Source of the DNA: Heterodontus francisci
Taxonomy: Eukaryota
Reading direction: 5' to 3'
Length of the DNA stretch: 64,000 nucleotides
Assembly (NCBI RefSeq): GCF_036365525.1
Contig: NW_027142279.1
Span: forward strand, 868,001-932,000
The notes beneath the pieces were generated by a model that was not told where the DNA came from, ran no database searches, and was given only the letters and a program-made list of their open reading frames with translations. Shown in pieces: positions 38,454-51,469 of the stretch. Each line of letters begins with the position of its first letter. Position 1 is the first letter of the stretch. Made by a program: the position numbers and the translations under genes.

Positions 38454-39917
38454 CCACTGTCCACTGGAGGAGTACCGGATGATTGGAGGGTGGCAAATGT
38501 TGTTCCCTTGTTCAAGAAAGGGAATAGGGATAACCCTGGGAATTATTGACCAGTCAGTCTTCCATCGGTCATGGACAATCATTGGAGAGGATTCTGAGAG
38601 ACAGGATTTATGATTATTTGGAAAAGCATGGTTTGATTAGAGACAGTCAGCATGGCTTTGTGAGGGGCAGGTCATGCCTCACCAGCCTTATTGAACTCTT
38701 TGAAGATGTGACAAAACACACTGATGAAGGAAGAGTAGTGGATGTGGTGTATATGGATTTTAGCAAGGCGTTTGTTAAGGTTTCCCATGGGAGGCTCATT
38801 CGGAAAGTAAGGAGGTATGGGATTCAGGGAATGTTGGCTCTCTGGATACAAAATTGGCTGGCCCATCGAAGTCAGAGTGTAGTAGTAGATGGAAAGTATT
38901 CAGCATGGAGCTCGCTGACCAGTGGTGTTCCACAAGGATCTGTTCTGGGACCTCTGCTCTTTGTGATTTTTATAAATGACTTGGATGAGGAAGTGGAAGG
39001 CTGGGTTAGCAAGTTTGCCGATGACACGAAGGTTGCTGGAGTTGTGGATAGTGTGGAAGGCTGTTGTAGGTTGCAACGGGACATTGACAGGATGCAGAGC
39101 TGGGCTGAGAAGTGGCAGATGGAGTTCAACATGGAAAAGTGTGAAGTGATTCATTTTGGAAGCTCGAATTTGAATGCAGAATACAGGCTTAAAGACAGGA
39201 TGCTTGGTAGTGTGGAGGAACAGAGGGATCTTGGTGTCCATGTCCATAGATAGCTCAAAGTTGCCACCCAAGTTGATGTAGTTGTTAAGAAGGCGTATGG
39301 TGTGTTGGCTTTCATTAACAGGGGGATTGAGTTTAAGAGCCACGAGGTTATGCTGCAGCTATATAAGGCCCTGGTTCGACCACACTTGGAAAATTGTATT
39401 CCGTTCTGGTTGCCTCATTAGAGGAAGGATGTGGATGCTTTAGAGAGGGTGCAGAGGAGATTTACCAGGATGCTGCCTGGACTGGAGGGCATGTCCTACG
39501 AAGAAAGATTGAGGGATCTAGGGCTTTTCTCGTTGGAGCGAAGAAGGATGAGAGTTGACTTGATAGAGGGGTAGAAGATGATGCGAGGCATAGATAGACG
39601 GATAGTCAAAGACATTTTCCCAGGGTGGAAAGGGCTACCACCAGGGGGCATAATTTTAAGGTCATTGGAGGAGGTTTTGTAGATGTCAGAGGTGGGATCT
39701 TTACACAGATAGTGGTGGGTGCGTGGAATGCACTGCCAGCGGTGGTAGTAGAAGCAGATACATTAGGGGCATTTAAGCGACTCTTGGATAGGTACATCGA
39801 TGATAGTAGAATGAAGAGTGGGCAGTTAGTTTGATCTTAGAGTAGGTTAAATGTTCGGCACAACAACGTGGGCCTAAGGGCCTGTACTGTGCTGTACTGT
39901 TCTATGTTCTATGTTCT
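38454..39917 (+). mobile_element. CR1 3' fragment, copy 3 (duplicated with the satellite)
   Basis: Same ORFs as copy 1, offset 8480. Confidence 0.92.
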
Positions 39918-42900
39918 TACGATATCTCACACAGACCATCGAACATCTCTCACTGTCTGGACTGAGAGTTCACCAGGAGACTGTGATAGCCCATGACCTC
40001 TCACACTGCCCGTCGAGTGTCTCTCATTATCTGTATTCAGTGTTCACCCGTGGACTGAGATACCCCATGATATCTCACATTGACCATCGAGTGTCTCTCA
40101 CTGTCTGTGCTCAGTGTTCACCTGGGGACTGAGATACCCCATGATATCTCACACTGACCATCGACTGTCTCTCACTGTCTGTCATCAGTGTTCACCTGGG
40201 AACTGAAAGTCGCCATGATATCTCACGCTGTCCATCGAGTGTCACTCACTGTCTGCAATCAGTGTTAACCTGGGGTATAAGATACCCCTGATATCTCACA
40301 TTGACCATCGAGTGTCTCTCACTGTCTGTCCTCAGTGTTCACCTGGGACTGAGATACCTCATGATATCTCACATTGACCATCGTGTGTCTCTCTCTCAGT
40401 CTGCACTGAGTGTTAAACAGGGGTCTGAGAAACACCTGATATCTCACACTGACCATCGAGTGTCTCTCACTGTCTGTAATCAGTGTTAACCTGGGGTCTG
40501 AGAGACACCATGACATCTCACACTGACAATCGACTGTCTCTTAATGTCTGTACTCAGTGTTCACCAGTGGTCTGAGACACCCCATGATACCTCACACTGA
40601 CCATCGACTGTCTCTTAATGTCTGTACTCAGTGTTCACCAGTGGACTGAGATACCCCATGATATCACACACTGACCATCGAGTGTCTCTCACTGTCTGTA
40701 CTCATTGTTCACCAGGGGACTGAGATACCCCATGATATCTCACACTGACCATCGAGTGTCCCTCACTGTCTGTACTCAGTGTTCAACTGGAGACTGAGAT
40801 ACCCCATGATCTCTCACACTGACCATCGAGTGTCTCTCATTATCTGTTTTCAGTGTTCACCCGGGAATGAAATACCCCATGATCTCTCACACTGACCATC
40901 GAATGTCCCACACTGTCTGTACTCAGTGTTAACCTGGGGACTGAGACAGCCCATGATATCTCACACTGACCATCGAACATCTCTCACTGTCTGTACTCAG
41001 TGTTCACCTGAAGACTGAGATAGCCCATGATCTCTCAGACAGCCCATCGAGTGTCTCTCATTATCTGTATTCAATGTTCACCCGTGGACTGAGATACCCC
41101 TTAATAGCTCACACTGACCAACGAGTTTCTCTCACTATCTGTACTCAGTGTTCACTTGGGGACTTAGAGACCCCATGATATCTCATGCTGACCATCGACT
41201 GTCTCTCTCTGTCTGCACTGAGTGTTAAACTGGGATCTGAGATACCCCATGATATCTCACAGTGCCCATCGAGTGTCTCTTAATGTCTGCACTCAGTGTT
41301 CACCAGTGGACTGAGATACCCCATGATATCTCTCACTGACCATAGAGTGCTAATCACTGTCTGTACTCATTGTTCTCCTGGAGACTGAAATACCCCATGA
41401 TATCTCACACTGGCCATCGACTGTCTCTCACTGTCTGTAATCAGTGTTCACCTGGGGACTGAGAGTGCCCATGATATCTCACGCTGTTCATCGAGTGTCA
41501 CTCACTGTCTGCAATCAGTGTTAACCTGGGACTGAGATACCTCATGATATCTCATATTGACCATCGTGTGTCTCTCACCGTCTGTGCTCAGTGTTCATCT
41601 GGGGACTGAGATACCCCTGATATATCAGTTTGAAAATCGAGTGTCTCTCACAGTCTGTACTCAGTGTTCACACGGTGACTGAGATACCCTGTGATATCTC
41701 ACACTGACCATCCAACATCGTCTACTGTCCGTACTCAGTGTTCACCTTGGGACTGAGATAGCAAATGATATCTCACACTGACCATCGAGTGTCTCTCACT
41801 GTCTGTACTCAGTGTTCACCTGGGGAATGAGATGCCCCATTATATCTCACACTGACCATCGAGTGTCTCTCACTGTCTGTACTCAGTGTTCTCTTGTAGA
41901 CTGAGATACCCTTTGATATCTCACTCAGACCATCGAACATATCTCGCTTTCTGTATACAGTGTTCACCTGGGGACTGAGATTCCCCATATTATCCCACAC
42001 TGACCATCGACTGTGTCTCACTGTCTGTACTCAGTGTTCACCAGTGGACTGAGATACCGCATGATATCTCACACTGACCAGTGAACATCTCTCACTGTCT
42101 GTACTCAGTGTTTCCCTGGAGACTGAGATACCCCCTGATATCTCACACTGACCATCGAGTGCCTCTCATTGTCTGTACTCAGTGTTCACCTGGGGACTGA
42201 GATGCCCCATGATCTCTCAGACTGCCCATCGAGTGTCTCTCATTATCTGTATTCAGTGTTCACCCGTGGACTGAGATACCCCACGATACCTCACACTGAC
42301 CATCGAGTTCCTCTCACTGTCTGTACTCAGTGTTCACCTGGGGACAGAGGTACCTCATGATATCTCATACTGACCATCGAGTTCCTCTCACTGTCTGTGC
42401 TCAGTGTTCACTTGGGGACTGATAGACCCCATGATATCTGGCGCTGACCATCAACTTTCTCTCACTGTCTGCACTCAGTGTTCACCTGGGGACTGAGATA
42501 CCCCATGATATCTCAAACTGATCATCGAACATCTCTCACTGTCTGTATTCAGTGTTCTGCAGTGGACTGACATACCCCATGATATCTCACATTGACCATG
42601 GACTGTCTCTCTCTGTCTGTACTCAGTGTACACCTGGAGACTGAAATCGCCCATGATCTCTCTCACTGCCCATCCAGTGTCTCTCATTATCTGCATTCAA
42701 GGTTCACCCGTGGACTGAGATACCCCGTGATAACTCACACTGAGCATCGACTGTCTCTCACTGTCTGTACTCAGCGTTCACCTGGGAATGAGATACCACA
42801 TGATATCTCACATTGACAATCGTGTGTCTCTCACTGACTGTCCTCAGTGATCACCTGGGGACTGAGATACCCCTAATATATCACATTGAAAATCGAGTGT

Positions 42901-45900
42901 TTCTCAATGTCTGTACTCAGTGTTCACCTCTAGACTGAGATTCCCCATGATATCTCATACTGACTATCGAGTGTCTCTCACTGTCTGTACTCAGTGTTCA
43001 CCTGGGGACTGAGCGTCCTCATGATATCTCACGTCGTCCATCGAGTGTCCCTCACTGTCTGCAATCAGTGTTAACCTGGGGAATGAGATACCCCTGATAT
43101 CCCACTTTGACCATCGTGTGTCTCTCACTGCCTGTGCTCAGTGTTCACCTGGTGACTGAGATACCCCTGATATCTCACACTGACCATCGAGTGTGTCTCA
43201 CTGTCTGTACTCAGTGTCAACCTGGGACTGAGACACCCAGTGATATCTCACACCGACCTTCGAGTGTCTCTCACTGTCAGTACTCAGTGTTCACGCGGGG
43301 AATGAGATACCCCCTGATATCTCACACTGACCATCGAGTGTCTCTCACTTTCTGTACTCAGTGTTCCCTTGTAGACTGAGATACAGCTTGATATGCAACG
43401 CAGACCATCGAACATTTCTCACTGTCTGTGCACTGTGTGCACCTGGGGACTGAGATACCCCATGATATCTCATACTGACCATCGACTGTCTCTCACTGTT
43501 TGTGCACAGTGTTCACCAGTGGATTGAGATACCCCATGATATCTCACATTGACCATTTCTCACTGTCTGTAATCAGTGTTCACCGGGGACTGAGATACCA
43601 CATGATATCTCACATTGACAATCGTGTGTCTCTCACTGTCTGTGCTCAGTGTTCACCTGGTGACTGAGATACTCCGTGATATCTCACACTGACATTCGAA
43701 CTTCTCTCACTCTCCGTACTCAGTGTTCCCTTGTAGACTGAGATACACCTTGATATGCAACGCAGACCATCGAACATTTCTCACTGTCTGTAATCAGTGT
43801 TCACCTGGGGACTGAGATACCCCTGATATCTCACACTGACCGTCGAGTGTCTCTCATTGTCTGTACTCAGTGTTCACCAGGGAATGAGATACCACATGAT
43901 ATCTCACATTGACAATCGTGTGTCTCTCACTGTCTGTGCTCAGTGTTCACCTGGTGACTGAGATACTCCGTGATATCTCACACTGTCCATCGAGTGTCTC
44001 TCACTGTCTGTAATCAGTGTTCACCTGGGGACTGAGATACCCCTGATATCTCACACTCACCGTCGAGTGTCTCTCACTGTCTGTACTCAGTGTTCACCTG
44101 GTGACTGAGATACTCCGTGATATCTCACACTGACCATCGAGTGTCTCTCACTCTCCGTACTCAGTGTTCCCCTCGGAACTGAGATAACCCATGATATCTC
44201 AAAATACCCAACGAGTGCCTCTCACTGCCTGTAATCAGTGTTCACCTGGGACTGAGATGCCCCATGATATCTCATACTGACCATCGAGTGACTCTCACTG
44301 TCTTTACTTCGTGTTCAGCCGTGGACTGAGATACCGCATGATATCTCACAATGACCATCGAATGTCTCTCACTGTCTGTACTCAGAGTTCACCTGCGGAC
44401 TGAAATACCCCATGATATCTCTCACATACAATCGAGTGACTCTCACTGTCTTTACTTCGTGTTCAGCCGTGGACTGAGATACCCCATGATATCTCACACT
44501 GACCATCGAGTGTCTCTCACTGTCAGTACTCAGTTTTCACCCGGGGACTGAGATACCCCATGATATCGCACACAGATCATCGAACATATCGCACTGTCTG
44601 TAATCAGTGTTCACCTGCGGACTGAGATACTCCATGATATCTCACTCTGACCATAGAATGCCTCTCACTGTCTGTACTCAGTGTTAACCTAGAGACTGAG
44701 ATACACCATGATATCTCACACTGACCATCGATTGTCTCTCACTGTCTGTACTCAGTGTTGCCTTGTGGACTGAGATCCCCGTGATATCTCACACAGACCA
44801 TCGACTGTCTCTCACTGTCTGTAATCAGTGTTCACCTGGGGACTGAGAGTCCCCATGATATTTCACGTTGTCCATCGAGTGTCACTCACAGTCTGCAATC
44901 GGTGTTAACCTGGGGTCTGAGATACCCCTGCTATCTCACATTGACCATCGAGTGTCTCTCACTGTCTGTACTCAGTGTTCACCGGGGACTGAAATACCCA
45001 TGATATCTCACGCTGACCATCGAGTGTCTCTCACTGTCTGAACTCAGTGTTCTCTTGTGGACTGCGATTCCCCTTGATATCTCGGACAGACCATCGAACA
45101 TATCTCACTGTCTGTACACAGAGTTCCCCTGGGGACTGAGCTACCCCATGATATCTCAGACTGACCATCGATTGTCTCTCACTGTCTGTACTCAGTGTTT
45201 ACCAGTGGACTGAGATACCCCATGATATCTCACACTGACCATTGAACATCTCCCACTGTCTGTACTCAGTGTTCACCCGGGGACTGTGATACCCCATGAT
45301 ATCTCAGACTGACCATCGAGTGTCTCTCAATGTCTGTACTCAGTGTTCTCTTGGGGACTGAGATACCCATGATGTCTCACACTGACCATCGAACATCTCT
45401 CACTGTCTGTACTCAGTGCTTACACGATAACTGAGATACACCATGATATCTCACACTGACCATCGAGTGTCTCTCACTGTCTGTACTCAGTGTTCTCTTG
45501 TCCACTGAGATACCCCGTGACATCTCACACAGACAATCGAACATATCTCACTGTCTTTACTCAGTGTTCACCTGCGGACTGAGATGCCCCATGATATCAC
45601 ACCCTAACCATAGAGTGCCTCTCACTGTCCGTACTCATTGTTCACTTGGGGACTGAGATACCCCGTGATATCTCACACTGACCATCGAGTGTCTCTCACT
45701 GTCTGTACTCAGTGTTAACACGGGAACTGAGATGCCCCATGATATCTCACACTGACCATCGCGTGTCTCTCACTGTCTGTACTCAGTGTTCACCTCGAGA
45801 CTGAGGTACCCCGGGATATCTCACACAGACCATCGAGTGTCTCTCACTGTCTGTATTCAGTGTTCACCTGGGGATTGAGGTACCCCATGATGTCTGACAC

Positions 45901-47759
45901 TGCCCATCGAGTGTCTCTCACTGTCTGTAGTCAGTGTTCTCTTGTCCACTGAGATAACCCTTGATATCTCTCACTGACCATAGATTGCCTCTCAGTGTCT
46001 GTACTCAGTGTTAAACTGGGGAATGAGATACCCCATGATATCTCACACTGCCCATCGAATATATCTCAATGTCTGTACTCTGTGTTGTCTTGGGGACTGA
46101 GATACCGCGTGATATCTTACACTGACATTCGAACATCTCTCACTCACTGTACTCAGTGTTCACCTGGGGATTGAGGTACCCCATGATGTCTGACACTGCC
46201 CAATGAGTGCCGCTCACTGTCTGTAATCAGTGTTCACCTGGGACTGAGATACCCCATGATATCTCACACTGACCATCCAGTGTCTCTCGCTGTCTGTACT
46301 CAGTGTTCACCTGGGACTGAGATACCCCATGATATCTCACACTGACCATCGAGTGTCTCTCGCTGTCTGTACTCAGTGTTCACCCGGGGACTGAGATACC
46401 CCATGATATCTCACACTGACCATCGAGTGTCTCTCACTGTCTGTACTCAGTGTTCACTCAGAGACTCAGATAAACCATGATATCTCACACTGACCTTCGA
46501 GTGTCTCTCACTGTCTGTAATCAGAGTTCACCTGGGGACTGAGAGACTTCATGATATCTCACGCTGACAATCGATTATCTCTCACTGTCTGTGCTCAGTG
46601 TTCACCTTGGGACTGAGATACCCCTGATATCTCACAATGACCATCCAACATCGTCCACTGTCCATACTCAGTGTTCACCCGGACACTGAGATCGCAAATG
46701 ATTTCTCACACTGCCCACAGTGTCTCTCACTGTCTGTACTCAGTGTTCACCCGTGGACTGGGATCCCCCGTGATATCTCACACAGACCATCGAGTGTCAC
46801 TCAATGTCTGTACTCATTGTTCTCTTGGGGACTGACATACCCCATGATATCTCACACAGCCCAACGAGTGCCTCTCACTGTCTGTATTCAGTGTTCTCCT
46901 GCGACTGAGATACTCCATAATATCTCACACTGACCATCGAGTGTCCCTCACTGTCTATACTCAGTGTTCACTCGGAGTCGCTGATACCCCATGATATCTT
47001 ACACTGACCATTGAGTGTCTCTCACTGTCTGTAATCAGTGCTCACCTGGGGACTGAGAGACCCCATGATATCTCACGCTGACCATCGATTATCTCTCAAT
47101 GTCTGTGCTCAGTGTTCACCTGGGGACTGAGATACTCCTGACATCTCACTCTGATCGTCAAGTGGTTCTCACTGTCTGTACTCAGTGTTCACCTGGGGAC
47201 TGAGATACCCCAGATATTTCACACTGACCATCGAGTGCCTCTCACTCTCTGTACTCTGTGTTCACACGGGGACTGAGATACCCCGTGATATCTCACACTG
47301 ACCTTCGAGTGTCTCTCACTGTCAGTACTCAGTGTTCACCCGGGGACTCAGATACCCCATGATATCTCACTCTGACCATAGACTGTCTCTCACTGCCAGT
47401 ACTCATTCTTCACCTGGAGACTGAGATACCCCATGATATCTCACACTGACCATCGACTGTCTCTCACTGTCTGTACTCAGTGTTCACCCAGGCACTGAGA
47501 TACCACAGGATATCTCACACTGACCATCGAGTGTCTCTCACTGTTTGTACTCAGTGTTCACCTGGGGACTGAGATACCCCTGATATCTCACACTGACCAT
47601 CGAGTGTCTCTCACTGTCTGTACTCAGTGTTCACCTGGGGACTGAGATACCCCTGATATCTCACACTGACCATCGAGTGTCTCTCACTGTCTCTACTCAG
47701 TGTTCACCCGGGAATTGAGGTACCACATGTTATCTCACACTGAACATTTGCAGCTTTGC

Positions 47760-47979
47760 AACAAAAACAAGAAATGCTGGATTCACTCAGCAGGTCTGGC
47801 AGCATCTGTGGAAAGAGAAGCAGAGTTAACGTTTCGGGTCAGTGACCCTTCTTCGGGTCACTGACCCGAAACGTTAACTCTGCTTCTCTTTCCACAGATG
47901 CTGCCAGAGCTGCTGAGTGAATCCAGCATTTCTTGTTTTTGTTTCAGATTTCCAGCATCCGCAGTGTTTTGCTTTTCTA
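47760..47979. mobile_element. Palindromic Penelope-terminal insertion with 11-bp TSD
   Basis: Inverted arms 47761-47848 and 47855-47942 (88 bp, one mismatch), loop ttcttc; TSD tgcagctttgc at 47749-47759 and 47980-47990. Confidence 0.85.
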
Positions 47980-48272
47980 TGCAGCTTTGCTGCTGGGATG
48001 AAGTTAAACTGAGATATTTGCTGCTTCCTGTTACCTGAGAGCTTATGGTTAAGCTAGAATAGAGAGGACTGTCTTTGAGCAGTGAGTGGAGGGGGGAGGT
48101 TGAGCTGGGAACCTGGTTTAGAGAAGTTGGAAATTTTCCAGCTTTAATCTGGGAGATTTTCTGTCAGGGTAGGAGTGTGAAACTGAGTTTATTGGTATTT
48201 TGGTTGGGTACAAGCCGCTGTGTAACATTACCTGTACTTTTTATTAACTTTCAACATATTTCTGTCACTCAG

Positions 48273-48417
48273 TCACAGACTCCGCAAACACTGACCCGTG
48301 TGTAAATCACACAGTCCTGGACCAGCCCTGGAGGAGCATCGATTGTACTGAGACTGAGTGCTCCGGGCAGAAGAAGTGTGATACAAATCTTGTTCAAGGG
48401 TGGTACAGATTTAAAAG
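48273..48417 (+). CDS. GP2/UMOD-like gene, D8C/D10C domain 1, exon a
   Basis: ctcag|(I)TDSANTDPCVNHTVLDQPWRSIDCTETECSGQKKCDTNLVQGWYRFK(S)|gtaact. DPC..TVLD.PWRS and CD...GWYRF are GP2/UMOD/OIT3 D10C motifs. Confidence 0.88.
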
Positions 48418-51185
48418 GTAACTCTGAGAAGGGTGGTAAACAACAAGAGTAGAGCGGGGCTTAAAAACAGAGCGGGGCGGGTGAGGATTCACTCAGAAAG
48501 AGTGGCAGTCAATAAGGTCCGATTACTGATGAGAGAAATGAGTGACGTGGGGAGTGCAGCCAGACCCAAGGCCATGGCTCCACGGGTGACCCAGCTGTTT
48601 CGGGATTACAGCGAAGACTGGAAGAGCAACAGTGATAGGAGATGCCATCGTTGGGGGAATTGGCAAGCATTTCGGCTGCAGGTGTGAATCCAGGATGTTG
48701 TTTTATCTTCCTGGTGCCAGGGTCAAAGATGTCACTGAGCGGTGACAGAGCCCCCTGAGAGGGAAGGGTGAACAGCTAGCAGTCGTGGTCTGCATTGGCA
48801 CCAATGAAATAGCTAGGAAGTGGGATGTGGTCCTGCAGTCAATATTCAGGGAGCTGGGTACGATATGAGCGAGAAGGACCTCAAAATTAGTCATCTCTTG
48901 ATTACTCCCAGTACCATACACAAGTGAGTTTAGAAATAGGAGGATAGTGCAGATGAATGTGTGGCTGGAAAGATGGTGCAGGATGGAGGGCTTTAGATCC
49001 CTAGACACTGGGACCTGCTCTGGGGGAGATGGGAAGTGTACAGCAGGTATGAATTGCACCTAAATAGAGCTGGGACTGATTTCCTTGCAGGCCGATTTGC
49101 TCGTGCTATCGGCGACGGTTTAAACTCGCTTGGCAGGGGTATGGGAACCAGGAGGAATTATCAGAGAGGAATACCACAGTGCACAGAATACTGAGAGAGA
49201 TATATAGCCATAGAGTAGGGAATAGTTAGTTATTAGGTGGGGTCAGAGTGAGGGAGAAAGTAACAAAGTCTAAATCAGTGTTAATTTGACTGTATGTGAA
49301 TGCACAGAATGTGGTTAATAAGATTGGCATGTTACAGGCGCAGTCTGACTTGTGGAAATATGATGCTGTAGCTGTAACAGAGTCCTGGCTCTAAGAGGAC
49401 AGAACTAAATGTTAAATATTCCTGGGTACAAGGTGTTGAAGATAGATATGAGATGAAGAAAAGGGGCAGGAGTGGCAGTATTGATTAAGGAGAGTATTGC
49501 GGTGTTGGAGAGAGAGGATGTCTCAAGGGGTCAAGGACAGAATCTATTTGGCTAGAGGTACAGAACAAAAAAAGGTGCAATTACGTTGCTCAGTGTAGTG
49601 TATGGGCTACCAATTAGTGGAAAGGAACTAATTTTCAAGGAAATTGCAGAGAGGTTCAAGGATTATCGAATAGTTATCATGGGGGACTTTCATTATCTGG
49701 AATATTGGCTGGGACAATAGTCGCATAAAAGGCAGTGAGGGGCAAGAGTTCCTAGAGTGTGTTCTGGAAAATGTTCTTCAACACTATGTTTCCAGTCCAA
49801 GGACCGGCGAGGCACTGCTGGACCTGGTTCTTGGGAATGAGGTGGACCAAGTAGATCAAATATCAGTAGGACAACATTTAGGGGACAGAGATCATTGTTT
49901 CATCATGTTTAGTTTGGCTGTGGAAAAGGACAAAGAACAATCTAGACTGAAACTAATTACTAGGGGGAAGACAACTTAAATTCGATAAGCATGAAGCTGG
50001 GGCAAATAAACTGGAATCAAAGGTTGGCAGGAAAACCGGTTGCTGAACAATTAGCTACTTTCCAAGAAGAGATAGTTCGGGCACAGTCAAGGTATGTTCC
50101 CTCGAAGGGGATCGATACGGTAAAAAAATCGAGAGCTCTCTGGGTGACGAAAGTGATAGAGATGACGATGAAGAAGAAAAAGCGTGCTTCTGATGGATGT
50201 CAGGCAGATAACACAATGGAGAACCAGGCTGAATATGGAAGGCTCAGAGGGGAAGTGAAAAATAAAATGGAGAAGCAAGAATGGAGTATGAAAAGAGACT
50301 GGAAGCGAACACAAAAGGGAATTCCAAAGTCTTCCATATGCATATAAATAGTAAACGGTTGGTAAAAAGAGGAGTAGGGCCGTAGAAAGGGGTTTTAAAC
50401 ATGGAGGAAGGGAGAATAGCTGAGGTATTAAATAAATACTTTGCACCTGTTGCTACCAAGGAAGAAGATGTTACCCAGGCCATAGTGAAACAGGAGGTAA
50501 TTTTTAAAAATAGAATCATTCAGACTTGATGAGCAGGAGATATTAGATAGGGTTTCTGCACTTAAAGCTGATAAAGCACCAGGACAGGATGGGATGGATC
50601 CAAGGATCCTGAGGGAAGTGAGGGTGGAAATTCCGAAGGCACTGGCCACAACCTTTCAGTCTTCCTAAGACTCAGGAGTGTTGCCAGAGGACTGGATAAT
50701 TGCAAATATTGTATCCTTGTTCAAAAAAGGGTGTAAAGATAAGCCCAGCAACTACATGCCAGTCAGTTTAACTTCTATCAAAAATAATTCGGGACGCAAT
50801 TAATAGTCACATGGACAAATGCAGGTTAATTCCGGAAAGCCAGCACAAACTTGTTCAGGAAACATTATGTTTAACTAATATTCTGGAGCTTTTTTGAAGA
50901 TGTAACACAAAGGGTTGATGAGGGCAATGCTGTTGATGTAGTGCACATGGACTTTCAAAAGGCATTTGATACAGTGCCACGCAGCAGACTTGTGAGCCAA
51001 CTTGTAGCTCATGGAATAAAAGGGACGGTAGCAACATGGATAAAGAGTTGGTTGCATGGCCAAAAACAGAGAGTAGTGGTTAATGGATAAAAACAATATA
51101 CTGCAGATGCTGGAAATCTGAACTAAAAACAGAAAGTGCTGGAAATACTCAGCAGGTCTGGCAGCATCTGTGGAGAGACAAGCAA

Positions 51186-51222
51186 AGTTAACGTTTCAGG
51201 TCAGTGACCGTTCATCAGAACT
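51186..51222 (-). ncRNA. Minimal type-I hammerhead ribozyme motif (Penelope-associated)
   Basis: AGTT-CTGATGA-A-CGGTC-ACT-GACCT-GAAAC-GTT-AACT: CUGAUGA and GAAAC cores, stem I AGTT/AACT, stem II GGTC/GACC, palindromic AACGTT stem III. Confidence 0.55.
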
Positions 51223-51469
51223 GGCAAAGGTGACAAAAGAATTCGGTTTTAAGCAAGTGAAGGGCGGGGCGGGGGATGACGGGGATAAGAACAAAAAGGA
51301 AGGTGTGTGATAGGACAGAGGGCAGGAGAGGTTAAACAACAAAGCTGTCATGGGACATAGGCAAAGAGTGTGTTAATGTTTGTGGTGAAATACAAAGCAT
51401 TAGTCCAGAGAGAGTGGCAGAATAATGAGCAGCTCTGTCTACATAAAAAACAGGCATATGATGGAAGGT

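Larger units (their letters stand above)
28630..47746. repeat. 74-bp satellite array (~200 monomers) with three higher-order units of 4277, 4203 and 4277 bp
   Basis: Consensus ctgagataccccatgatatctcacactgaccatcgagtgtctctcactgtctgtactcagtgttcacctgggga (74 nt). Higher-order units start at ~28741, 33018 and 37221 and end at ~41497. Confidence 0.95.

Noticed and set aside
28630-47746. Regular repeat array as a CRISPR array or a coding repeat
   Set aside because: Head-to-tail monomers with no unique spacers, eukaryotic context, and a unit length (74) not divisible by 3; the ORFs are short chance frames
28630-47746. CACACTG and CACTGTC in each monomer as an array of cryptic RSS
   Set aside because: No A-rich nonamer at 12 or 23 bp in the consensus
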